The notes under the pieces: model-generated | Seen by the model: only the letters and a program-made list of their open reading frames with translations | Database searches by the model: none | What the model was told of the DNA's origin: nothing | Position numbers and translations under genes: made by a program | Shown here: positions 1 to 8,553 of the stretch, in pieces | How the letters are laid out: every line of letters begins with the position of its first letter | Numbering within the stretch: the first letter of the stretch is position 1 | DNA from: an archaeon | Lineage (GTDB): Archaea > B1Sed10-29 > WALL01 > WAMD01 | Assembly: GCA_024275655.1 (NCBI GenBank) | Contig: JAJRYR010000040.1 | Location: 1 to 53,177, forward strand | Direction: 5' to 3' | DNA length: 53,177 nt

Positions 1-351
1 GCTTACAAAAAACTATCAGAAGCCGAAAGGGCCCTCTCCTTGGGTGTACACGAATACTCCTTAATCAGCGCATATACTGCAATGTTCCATGCCAGTAGAG
101 CTTTGTTATTCAAGGAGGGCATCATCGAGAAAAGCCACTACTGTATGATCCGATACTTATTAGATAAATACGGAACGAAGATAGAAAAGAAATTTTTATG
201 GTTGTTGGATGAGTACAGAGAAAGGAGACATGAACTGCTCTACGGTCTGTTTCCACAAAAAATCACAGAAGAACTAGCAAAGGAAGCACTGGAAAATGCA
301 AGACAGTTTTTGGAAGTTGTGGAAGATCTATTGGGGGAAAGGAATGATTGA
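1..351 (+). CDS. HEPN domain protein (5' end outside the window)
   Basis: Frame 1 is open from base 1 (AYKKLSEAERALSLGVHEYS...), so the TTG at 40 in the ORF track is probably internal. The small helical protein (...AMFHASRALLFKEG..H.., C-terminal EEAKEALENARQFLEVVE) looks like the HEPN half of MNT-HEPN pairs. TGA at 349-351. Confidence 0.6.
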   Translation, partial: AYKKLSEAERALSLGVHEYSLISAYTAMFHASRALLFKEGIIEKSHYCMIRYLLDKYGTKIEKKFLWLLDEYRERRHELLYGLFPQKITEELAKEALENARQFLEVVEDLLGERND

Positions 352-1267
352 TAGGGAAAAATTTGGTCCGCTACCAGATGAATTTTTCCAACGATATGAG
401 GAATTATTGGGGAACAAAGCCGACAAGTTTTTTGAATACCTAGTGAAACCACTAAGACCCAGCATAAGAGTAAACACGCTAAAGATTAGCCCAGATGAGC
501 TGAGGGAAAAACTGGAAAAACACTATGGATGGAAACTAGAGGAAGTAAAATGGGTTGGTTATGCTTACTACCTTGAGAACATTATACAAAATCCTGGAGC
601 AACACTGGAACACGCAGCTGGACTATACTACGTACAAGAAACAAGCTCCATGATCCCAGTGATTGTACTGGACCCAAAACCCGGTGAACTAGTACTGGAT
701 ATAGCAGCAGCCCCAGGTTCCAAAACCACCCAACTATGCCAAGAAATGGAGAACATGGGGGGGATTCTAGCAAACGAGGCTAGCAGGGGAAGGATCGCAA
801 TATTGTACAATAACCTAAAGAGGTTTGGGGCAGTGAACGTGAGGGTCCGTCTAGGAGATGGTAGGAGAATCCCGGGAGAAGCCATATTTGACAGATCCCT
901 TGTAGATGTTCCATGCTCAAGCGAGGCCACGATCTCAAAGACCTGGCTAACTGCTAAAAGATGGTCCCCAGGGTTCATTCATCACTTATCCAAACTCCAA
1001 AAGGGATTGTTAAGATCTGCCATAAAATTGACGAAACCAGGGGGAACAATAGTTTATTCCACATGCACCTTTGAACCAGAAGAGAATGAAATGGTCATAG
1101 ACTGGGCACTTGAAAACCTGCCGGTGGAACTGGAAAAAGTGAAAGTAAAGGCATTGGAGGCAGATAGGGGATTACCTGGATTCCAGTGTAGTGACGAGGT
1201 ATTGAGAATCTGGCCCTGGCACGAGATGGAGGGCTTCTTTATCGCAAAACTCGTGAGGGTGGAGTAG
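344..1267 (+). CDS. RsmB/RsmF (NOL1/NOP2/Sun) family RNA cytosine-C5 methyltransferase, catalytic part
   Basis: SAM motif LDIAAAPGSKTTQL. Catalytic Cys motifs DVPCSSE and VYSTCTFEPEENE. The ATG at 344 overlaps the HEPN stop (ATGATTGA) and is preferred over the ATG at 296. Ends in TAG at 1265-1267. Confidence 0.85.
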   Translation: MIDREKFGPLPDEFFQRYEELLGNKADKFFEYLVKPLRPSIRVNTLKISPDELREKLEKHYGWKLEEVKWVGYAYYLENIIQNPGATLEHAAGLYYVQETSSMIPVIVLDPKPGELVLDIAAAPGSKTTQLCQEMENMGGILANEASRGRIAILYNNLKRFGAVNVRVRLGDGRRIPGEAIFDRSLVDVPCSSEATISKTWLTAKRWSPGFIHHLSKLQKGLLRSAIKLTKPGGTIVYSTCTFEPEENEMVIDWALENLPVELEKVKVKALEADRGLPGFQCSDEVLRIWPWHEMEGFFIAKLVRVE

Positions 1268-1699
1268 ATGAAGAGATTCTGGAAAACCATAGATGACTTG
1301 GGCATTCCAAGGAAAGTCTTGGATGGGCTTGTGATAGAAGGGAGTAGACGGGGCTGGAGAATATCGACACCAGAGCTAGACAAAATACCCAAAACCCCCA
1401 ATGATTCTTATGGGCTCCTGGCGGTAAGAGAAAGTGGAAAGCCAACTAGCTTCTTCTTGAGGGCATTTCACAAGCACATAAGAAGAACTGTGAAGGTAAA
1501 CCTGGAGGAGTTGGAAGCCCTGTTGAGTAATGGACAAGTGGAGAAGAAGAGCGAAAGTGGCTGGGTATTGATTACTTTTGATGAGATACCTATCGGTTGT
1601 GGATACTCAAATGGAAAGATCCTAAAACTGGAGATGCCTAAAGATGATATAAAGAGGATGACAGCTGGCCTAAATAATCTACTGGCAAGTAAAAAATAA
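1268..1699 (+). CDS. PUA-like RNA-binding domain protein resembling the C-terminal domain of RsmF-type methyltransferases
   Basis: The ATG follows the methyltransferase TAG directly (GAG TAG ATG). The C-terminal GWVLITFDEIPIGCGYSNGKILKLEMPKD resembles the RsmF PUA-like domain signature as I recall it; not searched. Confidence 0.5.
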   Translation: MKRFWKTIDDLGIPRKVLDGLVIEGSRRGWRISTPELDKIPKTPNDSYGLLAVRESGKPTSFFLRAFHKHIRRTVKVNLEELEALLSNGQVEKKSESGWVLITFDEIPIGCGYSNGKILKLEMPKDDIKRMTAGLNNLLASKK

Positions 1700-1736
1700 A
1701 GAAGGTTTTTAAACCCTTCATAGCATAACTACAACC

Positions 1737-2897
1737 ATGGACAGCATAGAGGCAATTCCAGCCCAGCCAGGAACTAGGCTTCTAGAACTGGAAAGGAAGA
1801 TAAAAGAGCTGGAAATGGAAAATAGAAGGCTTGAAATAACCAATTATGAACTCACAAATAGGATAAGAAGGCTAGAATCCGAGCTAAAAAAGCTGAAGAG
1901 CGAGCCACTTTTGGTGGGTGTGGTTGAGGAGATTCTATCAAAGGGAAAGGTGATAGTAAAGAGCAGTAATGGTGCTCAATTCCTCGTAAATTCTCTAATA
2001 AACGTTCTGCCTGGGGACAGAGTTGCAATGAATCAACAGAACCTAACAATAGTTAAAAGATTACCCAGGGAAAGAGACAGATTCGTTAAGGCGGCGGAAG
2101 TTATAGAAAGGCCAAGAGTAACATTCGATGACGTGGGGGGATTGGATAGACAAATTCAGGAATTGAGAGAAATCGTGGAACTGCCGCTGAAGAATCCGCA
2201 GATATTTGAGGAAATTGGAATCGATCCTCCAAAGGGCATACTCCTATACGGTCCACCAGGATGCGGTAAGACTCTTCTGGTGAAGGCCCTAGCAAGGGAA
2301 TCAGAGGCTACATTCATAAGAGTTGTGGGATCGGAGCTGGTGAGGAAGTACATAGGAGAAGGTGCAAAGCTAGTGAAGCAGATATTTGAACTAGCCAGAG
2401 AAAAGGCACCCAGCATTCTATTCATAGATGAGATAGATGCCATAGCCGCTAGGAGAATGGAGGAAACAACTGGTGGAGACAGAGAAGTAAATAGAACCTT
2501 GATGCAGCTACTTGCAGAATTGGACGGTTTCAACGAGAGGGGAGAAGTTAGGATAATAGGTGCAACAAATAGAATAGATATCCTGGATCCAGCAATCTTG
2601 AGGCCTGGAAGATTCGACAGGTTGATAGAGGTGCCACTACCAGACGAGAAGGCAAGGGAGCAAATATTTAAGGTCCACACCAGAAGGATGAAGCTAGCAA
2701 AGGATGTAAACCTAAAGAAACTCGCGAAGATGACCGAAGGGGCGAATGGTGCAGAGATAAAGGCGGTCTGCACAGAGGCAGGAATGTTCGCAATAAGGAA
2801 AGGGAAGAAAGAAGTTGGCATGGAAGAATTCCTAGATGCAATAGAGAAGGTTATAGTGTACGCAGAGGAAGGAGAAGAGGCCGTGTACTATACTTAA
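1737..2897 (+). CDS. pan: Proteasome-activating nucleotidase (AAA+ ATPase, Rpt family)
   Basis: N-terminal coiled coil ([18 protein letters not shown]...). Walker [11 protein letters not shown]. Walker [12 protein letters not shown]-terminal ..VYYT fits the HbYX motif. Confidence 0.93.
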   Translation: MDSIEAIPAQPGTRLLELERKIKELEMENRRLEITNYELTNRIRRLESELKKLKSEPLLVGVVEEILSKGKVIVKSSNGAQFLVNSLINVLPGDRVAMNQQNLTIVKRLPRERDRFVKAAEVIERPRVTFDDVGGLDRQIQELREIVELPLKNPQIFEEIGIDPPKGILLYGPPGCGKTLLVKALARESEATFIRVVGSELVRKYIGEGAKLVKQIFELAREKAPSILFIDEIDAIAARRMEETTGGDREVNRTLMQLLAELDGFNERGEVRIIGATNRIDILDPAILRPGRFDRLIEVPLPDEKAREQIFKVHTRRMKLAKDVNLKKLAKMTEGANGAEIKAVCTEAGMFAIRKGKKEVGMEEFLDAIEKVIVYAEEGEEAVYYT

Positions 2898-3292
2898 TCT
2901 AGTAAGAGCCGGCGCTCTATCGCTTCAAGTTCCTCTTCCTTGGAAGTGTGAGGCATATCCATCTCTTCAAAATCCAGGCTGGGCATTGGTTTTCGGGAGA
3001 TCCACACAAGAACAACTTTTCCACCAGTTTCCCTAGGGAGCAAACATTCCATTGCTTTGTTTATTTGTCTTTTGCCGGTGAGCCTAACAAGAAATTCCAT
3101 CGCTAAATCCCTGGCTATTCCAGTCCCAGATAAATGGGAATCGATTGCGGTCATTATGCATGAGAGAACGTGCCTGGGTCCCTTAATGCATCTCGGATTG
3201 ATCAGGAGAAACCCATCCGGGATCTTAGAAAAATCTGGGACCAAAAACTCCCCAAATCCATAGTAAAAGCCATTATATCGGTCAGATATCAT
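2894..3292 (-). CDS. Hypothetical protein
   Basis: 132-aa ORF filling the gap between pan and rps8e; overlaps the pan stop by 4 nt (convergent). No motif recognised with confidence. Confidence 0.45.
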   Translation of the reverse strand: MISDRYNGFYYGFGEFLVPDFSKIPDGFLLINPRCIKGPRHVLSCIMTAIDSHLSGTGIARDLAMEFLVRLTGKRQINKAMECLLPRETGGKVVLVWISRKPMPSLDFEEMDMPHTSKEEELEAIERRLLLD

Positions 3293-3364
3293 AGAAAGGT
3301 TAATAAATAACCTAAATTAAAAATGTTTAGCTCATGATTCTACAATACTTGAGAGGGTGGTAGA

Positions 3365-3748
3365 ATGGTAGTGTATCACGGAAGATCCAAGCGAACCAAG
3401 ACCGGAGCAAAAAGGCATCCATACAAGAAAAAGAAGAAAAAGGCACTCTTGGGTAGGCAGTACATTCCAGTAACTGTGGGAGAGACAGAGAAAAAAATAA
3501 TCAGGGTGATGGGTGGAAACACCAAGGTTAGATTAAAGTCAGTGGAATTTGCAAATGTCTTGGACCCAGAGACAAAGCAATACAAGAAGGTCAAGATACT
3601 CTCTGTCCTGGAGAACACTGCAGATAGAAACTTCGCAAGAAGAAACATAATCACCAAGGGCGCTATAATAGAGACAGAACTAGGAAAGGCAAGGGTAGTT
3701 TCCAGGCCTGGCCAAGATGGAGTAATTAACGCTATCCTAGTAAAATAA
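3365..3748 (+). CDS. rps8e: 30S ribosomal protein S8e
   Basis: GRSKRTKTGAKRHPYKKKKK..., GGNTKVRLKSVEFANV..., RRNIITKGAIIETELGKARVVSRPGQDGVINAILVK are typical S8e blocks. GAGGGTGGT lies upstream of the ATG. Confidence 0.9.
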   Translation: MVVYHGRSKRTKTGAKRHPYKKKKKKALLGRQYIPVTVGETEKKIIRVMGGNTKVRLKSVEFANVLDPETKQYKKVKILSVLENTADRNFARRNIITKGAIIETELGKARVVSRPGQDGVINAILVK

Positions 3749-3787
3749 AACCCAAATTTTTATATCCCAATTCCCTAATTCTCCGTG

Positions 3788-4390
3788 ATGCCAAGGAAAA
3801 CTGTGCAAAGCATATTCAAGTCAAAGCTTGGAATTTCTGGAAGCAAAAAACACATAGATATATTTCTAGAAGAGGAAACTAAGGGAGACAGAATGTCCTT
3901 CGCTAGCATAAGAGACAGAATATCAAATGTTAAACGAAAAATCAGTGAAGAGGGGTTCACCTACAAAAATTTTCATGAGTCCATCAGTAAAAAACCGCAT
4001 GTGACCATGAGGGGACTGTACACTTGGGTTTATCACGCAGACGCGGGGTTAGCAAAAATAGTGGAAAAGGCGCTCAAAAACAAGAGTTTATCAAAGTCAG
4101 ATATCCTAGAATTCAAAAAACACATAAACCAAGCGATTAAAGAACTGGAGAGAGCAAATCAGGAGTACAAAAACATCCAGGCATTCATAAAACCAGATTA
4201 TCCTTATGCCATGGGAATCATAGAAACTCTATCCCTAATGAAGGAAAGGCCCGAGGTGTATGCAAACCTAATTTACGTCTACGCAAAACACGGGAAGGTA
4301 GAGCCTAGCTACATTGAAGAGAATGTTGATAAGCTATTTTCGCTCAAAAAGACCAAAAGCAAGAAACAGAAGAAAAGAACTAAACCCTAA
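3788..4390 (+). CDS. Hypothetical protein with Lys-rich C-terminal tail
   Basis: 200-aa ORF (GTG at 3785, ATG at 3788), tail KKTKSKKQKKRTKP. No recognisable domain. Confidence 0.5.
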   Translation: MPRKTVQSIFKSKLGISGSKKHIDIFLEEETKGDRMSFASIRDRISNVKRKISEEGFTYKNFHESISKKPHVTMRGLYTWVYHADAGLAKIVEKALKNKSLSKSDILEFKKHINQAIKELERANQEYKNIQAFIKPDYPYAMGIIETLSLMKERPEVYANLIYVYAKHGKVEPSYIEENVDKLFSLKKTKSKKQKKRTKP

Positions 4391-4631
4391 ACATATCTGG
4401 GTCTACACTAATTGGCATTGCAGGTCCTGGAACATAGAGTTCGTATTTTGGCTCTCCCACCCTAGTTCTAAGGATGATTCTAACATTTTTCCCAGGGAAC
4501 CTAGTTTTTACCCATCTCTTTATTTCCTCTATTAGATCTTCCAGTGTTTTCCCAGACAAAACCACCAAGTACTTCCTGCACGCTGCTTCCCAGCCACCAT
4601 CTGCAGGATAAACCTCAAACTCTACCTCCAT
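4380..4631 (-). CDS. Small HicB/UPF0150 (DUF1902)-like protein
   Basis: 83 aa. EVYPADGGWEAACRKYLVVLSGKTLEDLIEEIKRWV follows the pattern of HicB-like antitoxin folds. The ATG follows the TAG of the upstream YjbQ gene directly. Confidence 0.45.
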   Translation of the reverse strand: MEVEFEVYPADGGWEAACRKYLVVLSGKTLEDLIEEIKRWVKTRFPGKNVRIILRTRVGEPKYELYVPGPAMPISVDPDMFRV

Positions 4632-5051
4632 CTAGATCCCCCACACCTGAATTATCAGCTTCCTTCTCCTGGGCTTGTTATCCAGCTCTATGAAAACAGG
4701 TTGCTGCCATGTCCCTAGCAAAAGCTGTCCATTTTTGAATGGAATTACTAAAGCGGGTCCCAGAAAGCTCGCCCTAACGTGAGAATGACCATTCCCATCG
4801 TGCCACGTTTCCTCATGATGATAGTAGATGTCTCTGGGGAACAAACGCTCCAGGGCCTCGGGAATATCCTTCTTCAACCCGGGTTCATACTCCATGGTTG
4901 TCAAGGCACCAGTAGACCCAGGAAGAAACAAGAGAACAAATCCCTCCTGAAGTCCGCTTTTATCCAACTTTTCCTCAACGATTTCTGTCAAGTCCAGTAT
5001 ATCCAGCTCTCGCGTCTCTGGAAGCTGCACTTCATAGGTTTTTACATTCAT
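4632..5051 (-). CDS. YjbQ/UPF0047 family protein (secondary thiamine-phosphate synthase family)
   Basis: Typical length (139 aa) and blocks LFLPGSTGALTTMEYEPGLKKDIPEALERLFP and WHDGNGHSHVRASFLGPALVIPF..GQLLLGTWQ. Confidence 0.85.
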   Translation of the reverse strand: MNVKTYEVQLPETRELDILDLTEIVEEKLDKSGLQEGFVLLFLPGSTGALTTMEYEPGLKKDIPEALERLFPRDIYYHHEETWHDGNGHSHVRASFLGPALVIPFKNGQLLLGTWQQPVFIELDNKPRRRKLIIQVWGI

Positions 5052-5120
5052 AAATGATTTATCTTAAGAAAACTATATATAGGTTAACTTCTCAAAATCT
5101 TGGCAAGGAGGTGAGTTCTC

Positions 5121-6305
5121 TTGAAGTATTCAAAAATTATCCTGCCAATTATCATAATAACTGCAATAATTCTAACTGGGTGCATACAATTTGGCCCTGG
5201 GAATCAAACAAACACAGCAGCACAAATAACAGATAACAAAACACAGACTACATCCGGATTACATTGGGTATCTGCTCCCAGTTCTGCAGTAGAAAAAATG
5301 AAGGAACTAGAAAATTATCTGAAACTCAAACTAGGGGAATTCACGCTCTCAAATATTGAAACAGAAACCACCACAAACATAACTAGGGCAAAGCTGACTA
5401 TTGGTGGGCAGTCAGTGAATGTGTATGTCTCGCCATCTGGCAAGTCATTCTGGTTCGAAAATGCCATGCAAAAGCTCAATTGGACTGGAACGTACGAGCA
5501 AAAGATAGAAAACTACTTGAAATCAATACTAAAACCTGGAGTCACGTATGAGTTTCTAGGAAAGGCCCAGAACCAAGGTATGGAAGAATACAAGTATAAG
5601 CTTAGTTATCAGGGAATGACACAGAATGTATCTCTATTCAGGTTTGGGGACTACGTTATTCTAGATCAGGCTATACAAAGAATATTCTCACCGAGCAAGT
5701 CAGAGATGCCAGATGTAAAATTGTTTGTAATGAGTTTCTGTCCATTTGGTAGAATGGCAGAATCATCAATGGCTCCAGTAGAAAAACTCCTAGGAAAACT
5801 GGCGAACATTACAGTGCACTACGTCATATACCCCAGCCAGATGTACGCGGGACAGGAAGACAAGTACTGCATGGGGGAGTACTGTTCAATGCACGGGATA
5901 AACGAACTTAGAGAAGATGTAAGACAGATGTGCATTCAAAAATACTATCCAGACAAGTTCTGGGACTACATATCTGAAATAGCCACAAACAACAGCTATT
6001 CTCCGGAGAACATAGAAGACAAGTGGAAACCACTAGCTGAAAAACTTGGAATAAATGTGACAAAGATAGAGAGATGCCTAGAAAATGAGGGTATGGATCT
6101 ATTAGCCCAGGATTACGCACTAAACCAGAAGTACGGAGTTTCAGGATCACCAACGGTAATAATAAACGAGGAAAGATGGGACTGGTCCAGAACACCAGAA
6201 GGATTCAAGTGGGCAATATGCCAAGCATTCAAGATCAAACCAGAGGAGTGCCAGCAAGAACTATCCCATAGTACGAACACGACCCCAGCAGGGAGCTGTG
6301 GATGA
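5121..6305 (+). CDS. Secreted lipoprotein-like protein with C-terminal GILT/DsbA-like thioredoxin-fold domain (CPFG in place of CXXC)
   Basis: TTG start 7 nt after GGAGGTGA. N-terminal KIILPIIIITAIILTGC is a lipobox-like signal. C-terminal FVMSFCPFGRMAE, CSMHGINELREDVRQMC and YGVSGSPTVIINEE (cis-Pro loop). Confidence 0.6.
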   Translation: MKYSKIILPIIIITAIILTGCIQFGPGNQTNTAAQITDNKTQTTSGLHWVSAPSSAVEKMKELENYLKLKLGEFTLSNIETETTTNITRAKLTIGGQSVNVYVSPSGKSFWFENAMQKLNWTGTYEQKIENYLKSILKPGVTYEFLGKAQNQGMEEYKYKLSYQGMTQNVSLFRFGDYVILDQAIQRIFSPSKSEMPDVKLFVMSFCPFGRMAESSMAPVEKLLGKLANITVHYVIYPSQMYAGQEDKYCMGEYCSMHGINELREDVRQMCIQKYYPDKFWDYISEIATNNSYSPENIEDKWKPLAEKLGINVTKIERCLENEGMDLLAQDYALNQKYGVSGSPTVIINEERWDWSRTPEGFKWAICQAFKIKPEECQQELSHSTNTTPAGSCG

Positions 6306-6389
6306 TCCCCTCACCCTCAACCCACCTTAAACTGATAATCTAGACTCTCCGAGAATATTTTAAAAACCTGTTTCTCAATAATAGACCTC

Positions 6390-7376
6390 ATGCTCCAGAT
6401 AGATCCAAAAATCATAGAGGATATGAGAAAAAAATCATACGGAGTATGGAATCACTCAGCCGTGCAGATATGCTCCTGGACAAAGAAAGCAATACTTGAA
6501 AAAGGAACATGCTACAAGAACAAATTCTACGGCATAGATACCCATAGATGCATGGAAATGACTCCTGTGAGTGTGTTCTGCACCAACAACTGCATATACT
6601 GCTGGAGACCAATGGAATTCATGAAACTAGTGAATATAGAACCAGAGGATGTGGACGACCCGGAAGGTATATACGAGCACCTCCTGGAGGAAAGAAAGAG
6701 GTTACTAACTGGATTTTGGGGAAATGAAAATGCAAACAAGAAACTCCTAGAGGAGGCCATGATTCCCAATCACTTCGCAATAAGTCTCTCAGGGGAACCA
6801 ACACTGTATCCAAAACTCCCAGAACTAATAAAGTTCCTGAAATCTCTCCCTCAAACAAGATCCATATTCCTGGTGACCAACGGGCAGGAGCCAGATATGA
6901 TAAAAAGACTCATAGATGATGATGCGTTACCAACCCAATTGTACATCAGCATAACTGCCCCAAATCCTGAACTCTACAAAAGGATAAGCGTTCCCCATTA
7001 TCCTGATGCATGGGAAAGGCTAACCAGAACACTGGAGATTGTGGCAGATGCTCAAGTGAGAAAAGTCATAAGAATGACAATGATAAAAGGCTGGAACATG
7101 GACGATGCTCTAATATCTGAGTACGTGGATCTAATAAAAATAGGAAATCCTCACTTTGTTGAAGTGAAGGCATACATGTACTTAGGATACTCCACGCATA
7201 GATTGAAGAAGGAGAATATGCCTACCCATGAAGAGATAAAGGAGTTCTCTAAAAAGACGGTTGAGCAATCCGATTTCTTGGAGTACATGGACGAGCAGGA
7301 GGCCAGTAGAATAGTGGTGCTTAAGAATAAGGAAAACCCCATTGATCCTTTCATCTCTCCAGTTCAATCTAGGTAG
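6390..7376 (+). CDS. taw1: tRNA 4-demethylwyosine synthase (radical SAM, Tyw1/Taw1)
   Basis: HSAVQICSWTKKAILEKGTCYKNKFYGIDTHRCMEMTP and the radical SAM motif CTNNCIYCWRP. Confidence 0.9.
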   Translation: MLQIDPKIIEDMRKKSYGVWNHSAVQICSWTKKAILEKGTCYKNKFYGIDTHRCMEMTPVSVFCTNNCIYCWRPMEFMKLVNIEPEDVDDPEGIYEHLLEERKRLLTGFWGNENANKKLLEEAMIPNHFAISLSGEPTLYPKLPELIKFLKSLPQTRSIFLVTNGQEPDMIKRLIDDDALPTQLYISITAPNPELYKRISVPHYPDAWERLTRTLEIVADAQVRKVIRMTMIKGWNMDDALISEYVDLIKIGNPHFVEVKAYMYLGYSTHRLKKENMPTHEEIKEFSKKTVEQSDFLEYMDEQEASRIVVLKNKENPIDPFISPVQSR

Positions 7377-8005
7377 ACCATGCTGGATATCTGGCCCCCA
7401 GCAATTTGGATAATCGCTCTAGCTATCCTGTCCATGGCGTCTATGAGCTGTCCACGGGTTGTTTCTCTATTTCCATAAACAACAACTAAAGCATTTTTGG
7501 TTTTCTCTGAAATGTAGGCCACCTTACTGTCGTAGCAGGGGATGAGGGAAATGACCTTCTCTGGGTCAGCTAGGACTAGCTCCCTACCCCCTAACTCAAA
7601 CTTTGTACCGCCTGTTTCAAATATATAACCAGGTATCCCTAAGCCCATATATGGTTCCTCTTTTACTTTGTTCCAGTCGTACACACTAGCCACAACTCCC
7701 TCGTATATCTGCATCAAATTGACTACATCCACAATGTCATTGTTCTCTGGAAATGCGTCCTCCAACAGCAACCTAGCCAAAAGAGAGACCTTTGGCTCCC
7801 TTCCACAGGACCTGTAAGCTATTGCCTCATATTCTCTAATGACTGGAGAATCAAAGAAACTGGGGGTTTCCTTTAAGTAACTAAGAACCTTTTCCCTCAA
7901 TTTTGGGACAGCCCAATGCCCCATGGAGAACTTTATACCAGATATCTGGTAGGCCACCAACTTTATGCCTGGATACCTCTCCTTCGCCTCGGGTTTTATA
8001 TGCAT
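7364..8005 (-). CDS. B3/B4 tRNA-binding domain protein (PheT B3_4-like, stand-alone)
   Basis: 213 aa. The block NDIVDVVNLMQIYEGVVASVYDWNKV resembles the PheRS-beta B3/4 domain family. 13-nt convergent overlap with taw1. Confidence 0.55.
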   Translation of the reverse strand: MHIKPEAKERYPGIKLVAYQISGIKFSMGHWAVPKLREKVLSYLKETPSFFDSPVIREYEAIAYRSCGREPKVSLLARLLLEDAFPENNDIVDVVNLMQIYEGVVASVYDWNKVKEEPYMGLGIPGYIFETGGTKFELGGRELVLADPEKVISLIPCYDSKVAYISEKTKNALVVVYGNRETTRGQLIDAMDRIARAIIQIAGGQISSMVYLD

Positions 8006-8058
8006 GAAAATAAAAAGAAGCTTGGATTTAAATATGTTGCTAGATCCGGGGGATAGAT

Positions 8059-8553
8059 ATGGAAGAACACGTTTGCGAGATATGTGGAAAAAGAACTAGA
8101 ACCCCATACGTTGCATTCCTAGAAGGTGCAAGATTGGTTATATGCGAAAGATGCGCTAGGACATACAAAAATGCAGAACCGCTGTTCAAGGAAAGGAAAA
8201 GAGTTCAGAGAGCAATCAAACCAAAAAAGAAAGTTGTTGAAAAAACTTTTGAGATTGTTGAGGATTATGCAGAGAAAGTGAGAAAGGCCAGGGAAGCCAG
8301 AGGGCTCAAGGTGGAAGAGCTGGCAAAGGAGATTGCAGAACCAGAAAGCGAAATTCACAAAATAGAGAGAGGTGAATTGCTACCAGAGCTAAAGGTTGCT
8401 GAGAAACTGGAGAAATTCCTGGGGATAAAGTTAATAAGAGAAATCACAGAGGAAGAACTGGAAAAGGAGAAGGAACTAGTAAAAGATCTAGATAAAGAAG
8501 AGGAACCTCTCACGCTGGGGGACATTGTTGTAATCAGAAAAAAGAAACACTAA
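8059..8553 (+). CDS. mbf1: Multiprotein bridging factor 1 (zinc ribbon + XRE-type HTH)
   Basis: N-terminal CEICGK...CERC zinc ribbon, then YAEKVRKAREARGLKVEELAKEIAEPESEIHKIERGELLP (HTH_3). Confidence 0.85.
   Translation: MEEHVCEICGKRTRTPYVAFLEGARLVICERCARTYKNAEPLFKERKRVQRAIKPKKKVVEKTFEIVEDYAEKVRKAREARGLKVEELAKEIAEPESEIHKIERGELLPELKVAEKLEKFLGIKLIREITEEELEKEKELVKDLDKEEEPLTLGDIVVIRKKKH

Noticed and set aside
1265-1267. TAG at the methyltransferase/PUA junction as a pyrrolysine or reassigned codon
   Set aside because: TAG clearly terminates other well-defined genes in this window: YjbQ at 4632-4634, the cysteine synthase-like gene at 30751-30753 and the giant protein at 44478-44480. Nothing here indicates Pyl machinery.
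628-2821. Long antisense or alternative-frame ORFs in the track (for example 628..978-, 1054..1401-, 2156..2821-, and similar ones inside pheS, ppsA, the ATPases and the giant genes)
   Set aside because: They lie entirely inside strongly supported genes on the other strand or frame. They have Ser/Leu/Pro-rich low-complexity translations and lack start-site signals. They are typical shadow ORFs.
2894-3292. Possible RNase P protein Pop5 (GFGEF...PRC...SGTGI loosely resembles the Pop5 blocks fGE.g...irC...SGTi)
   Set aside because: The N-terminal RxRYI region is missing, the spacing between blocks is wrong, and there is a 65-aa extra C-terminus. The resemblance is too weak without an HMM search, so the protein is left as hypothetical.
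4314-5236. Track ORFs 4314..4535(+), 4779..5057(+) and 5054..5236(+)
   Set aside because: They overlap the better-supported HicB-like and YjbQ genes, or the 5' region and signal peptide of the GILT-like gene. Their translations have no recognisable features.
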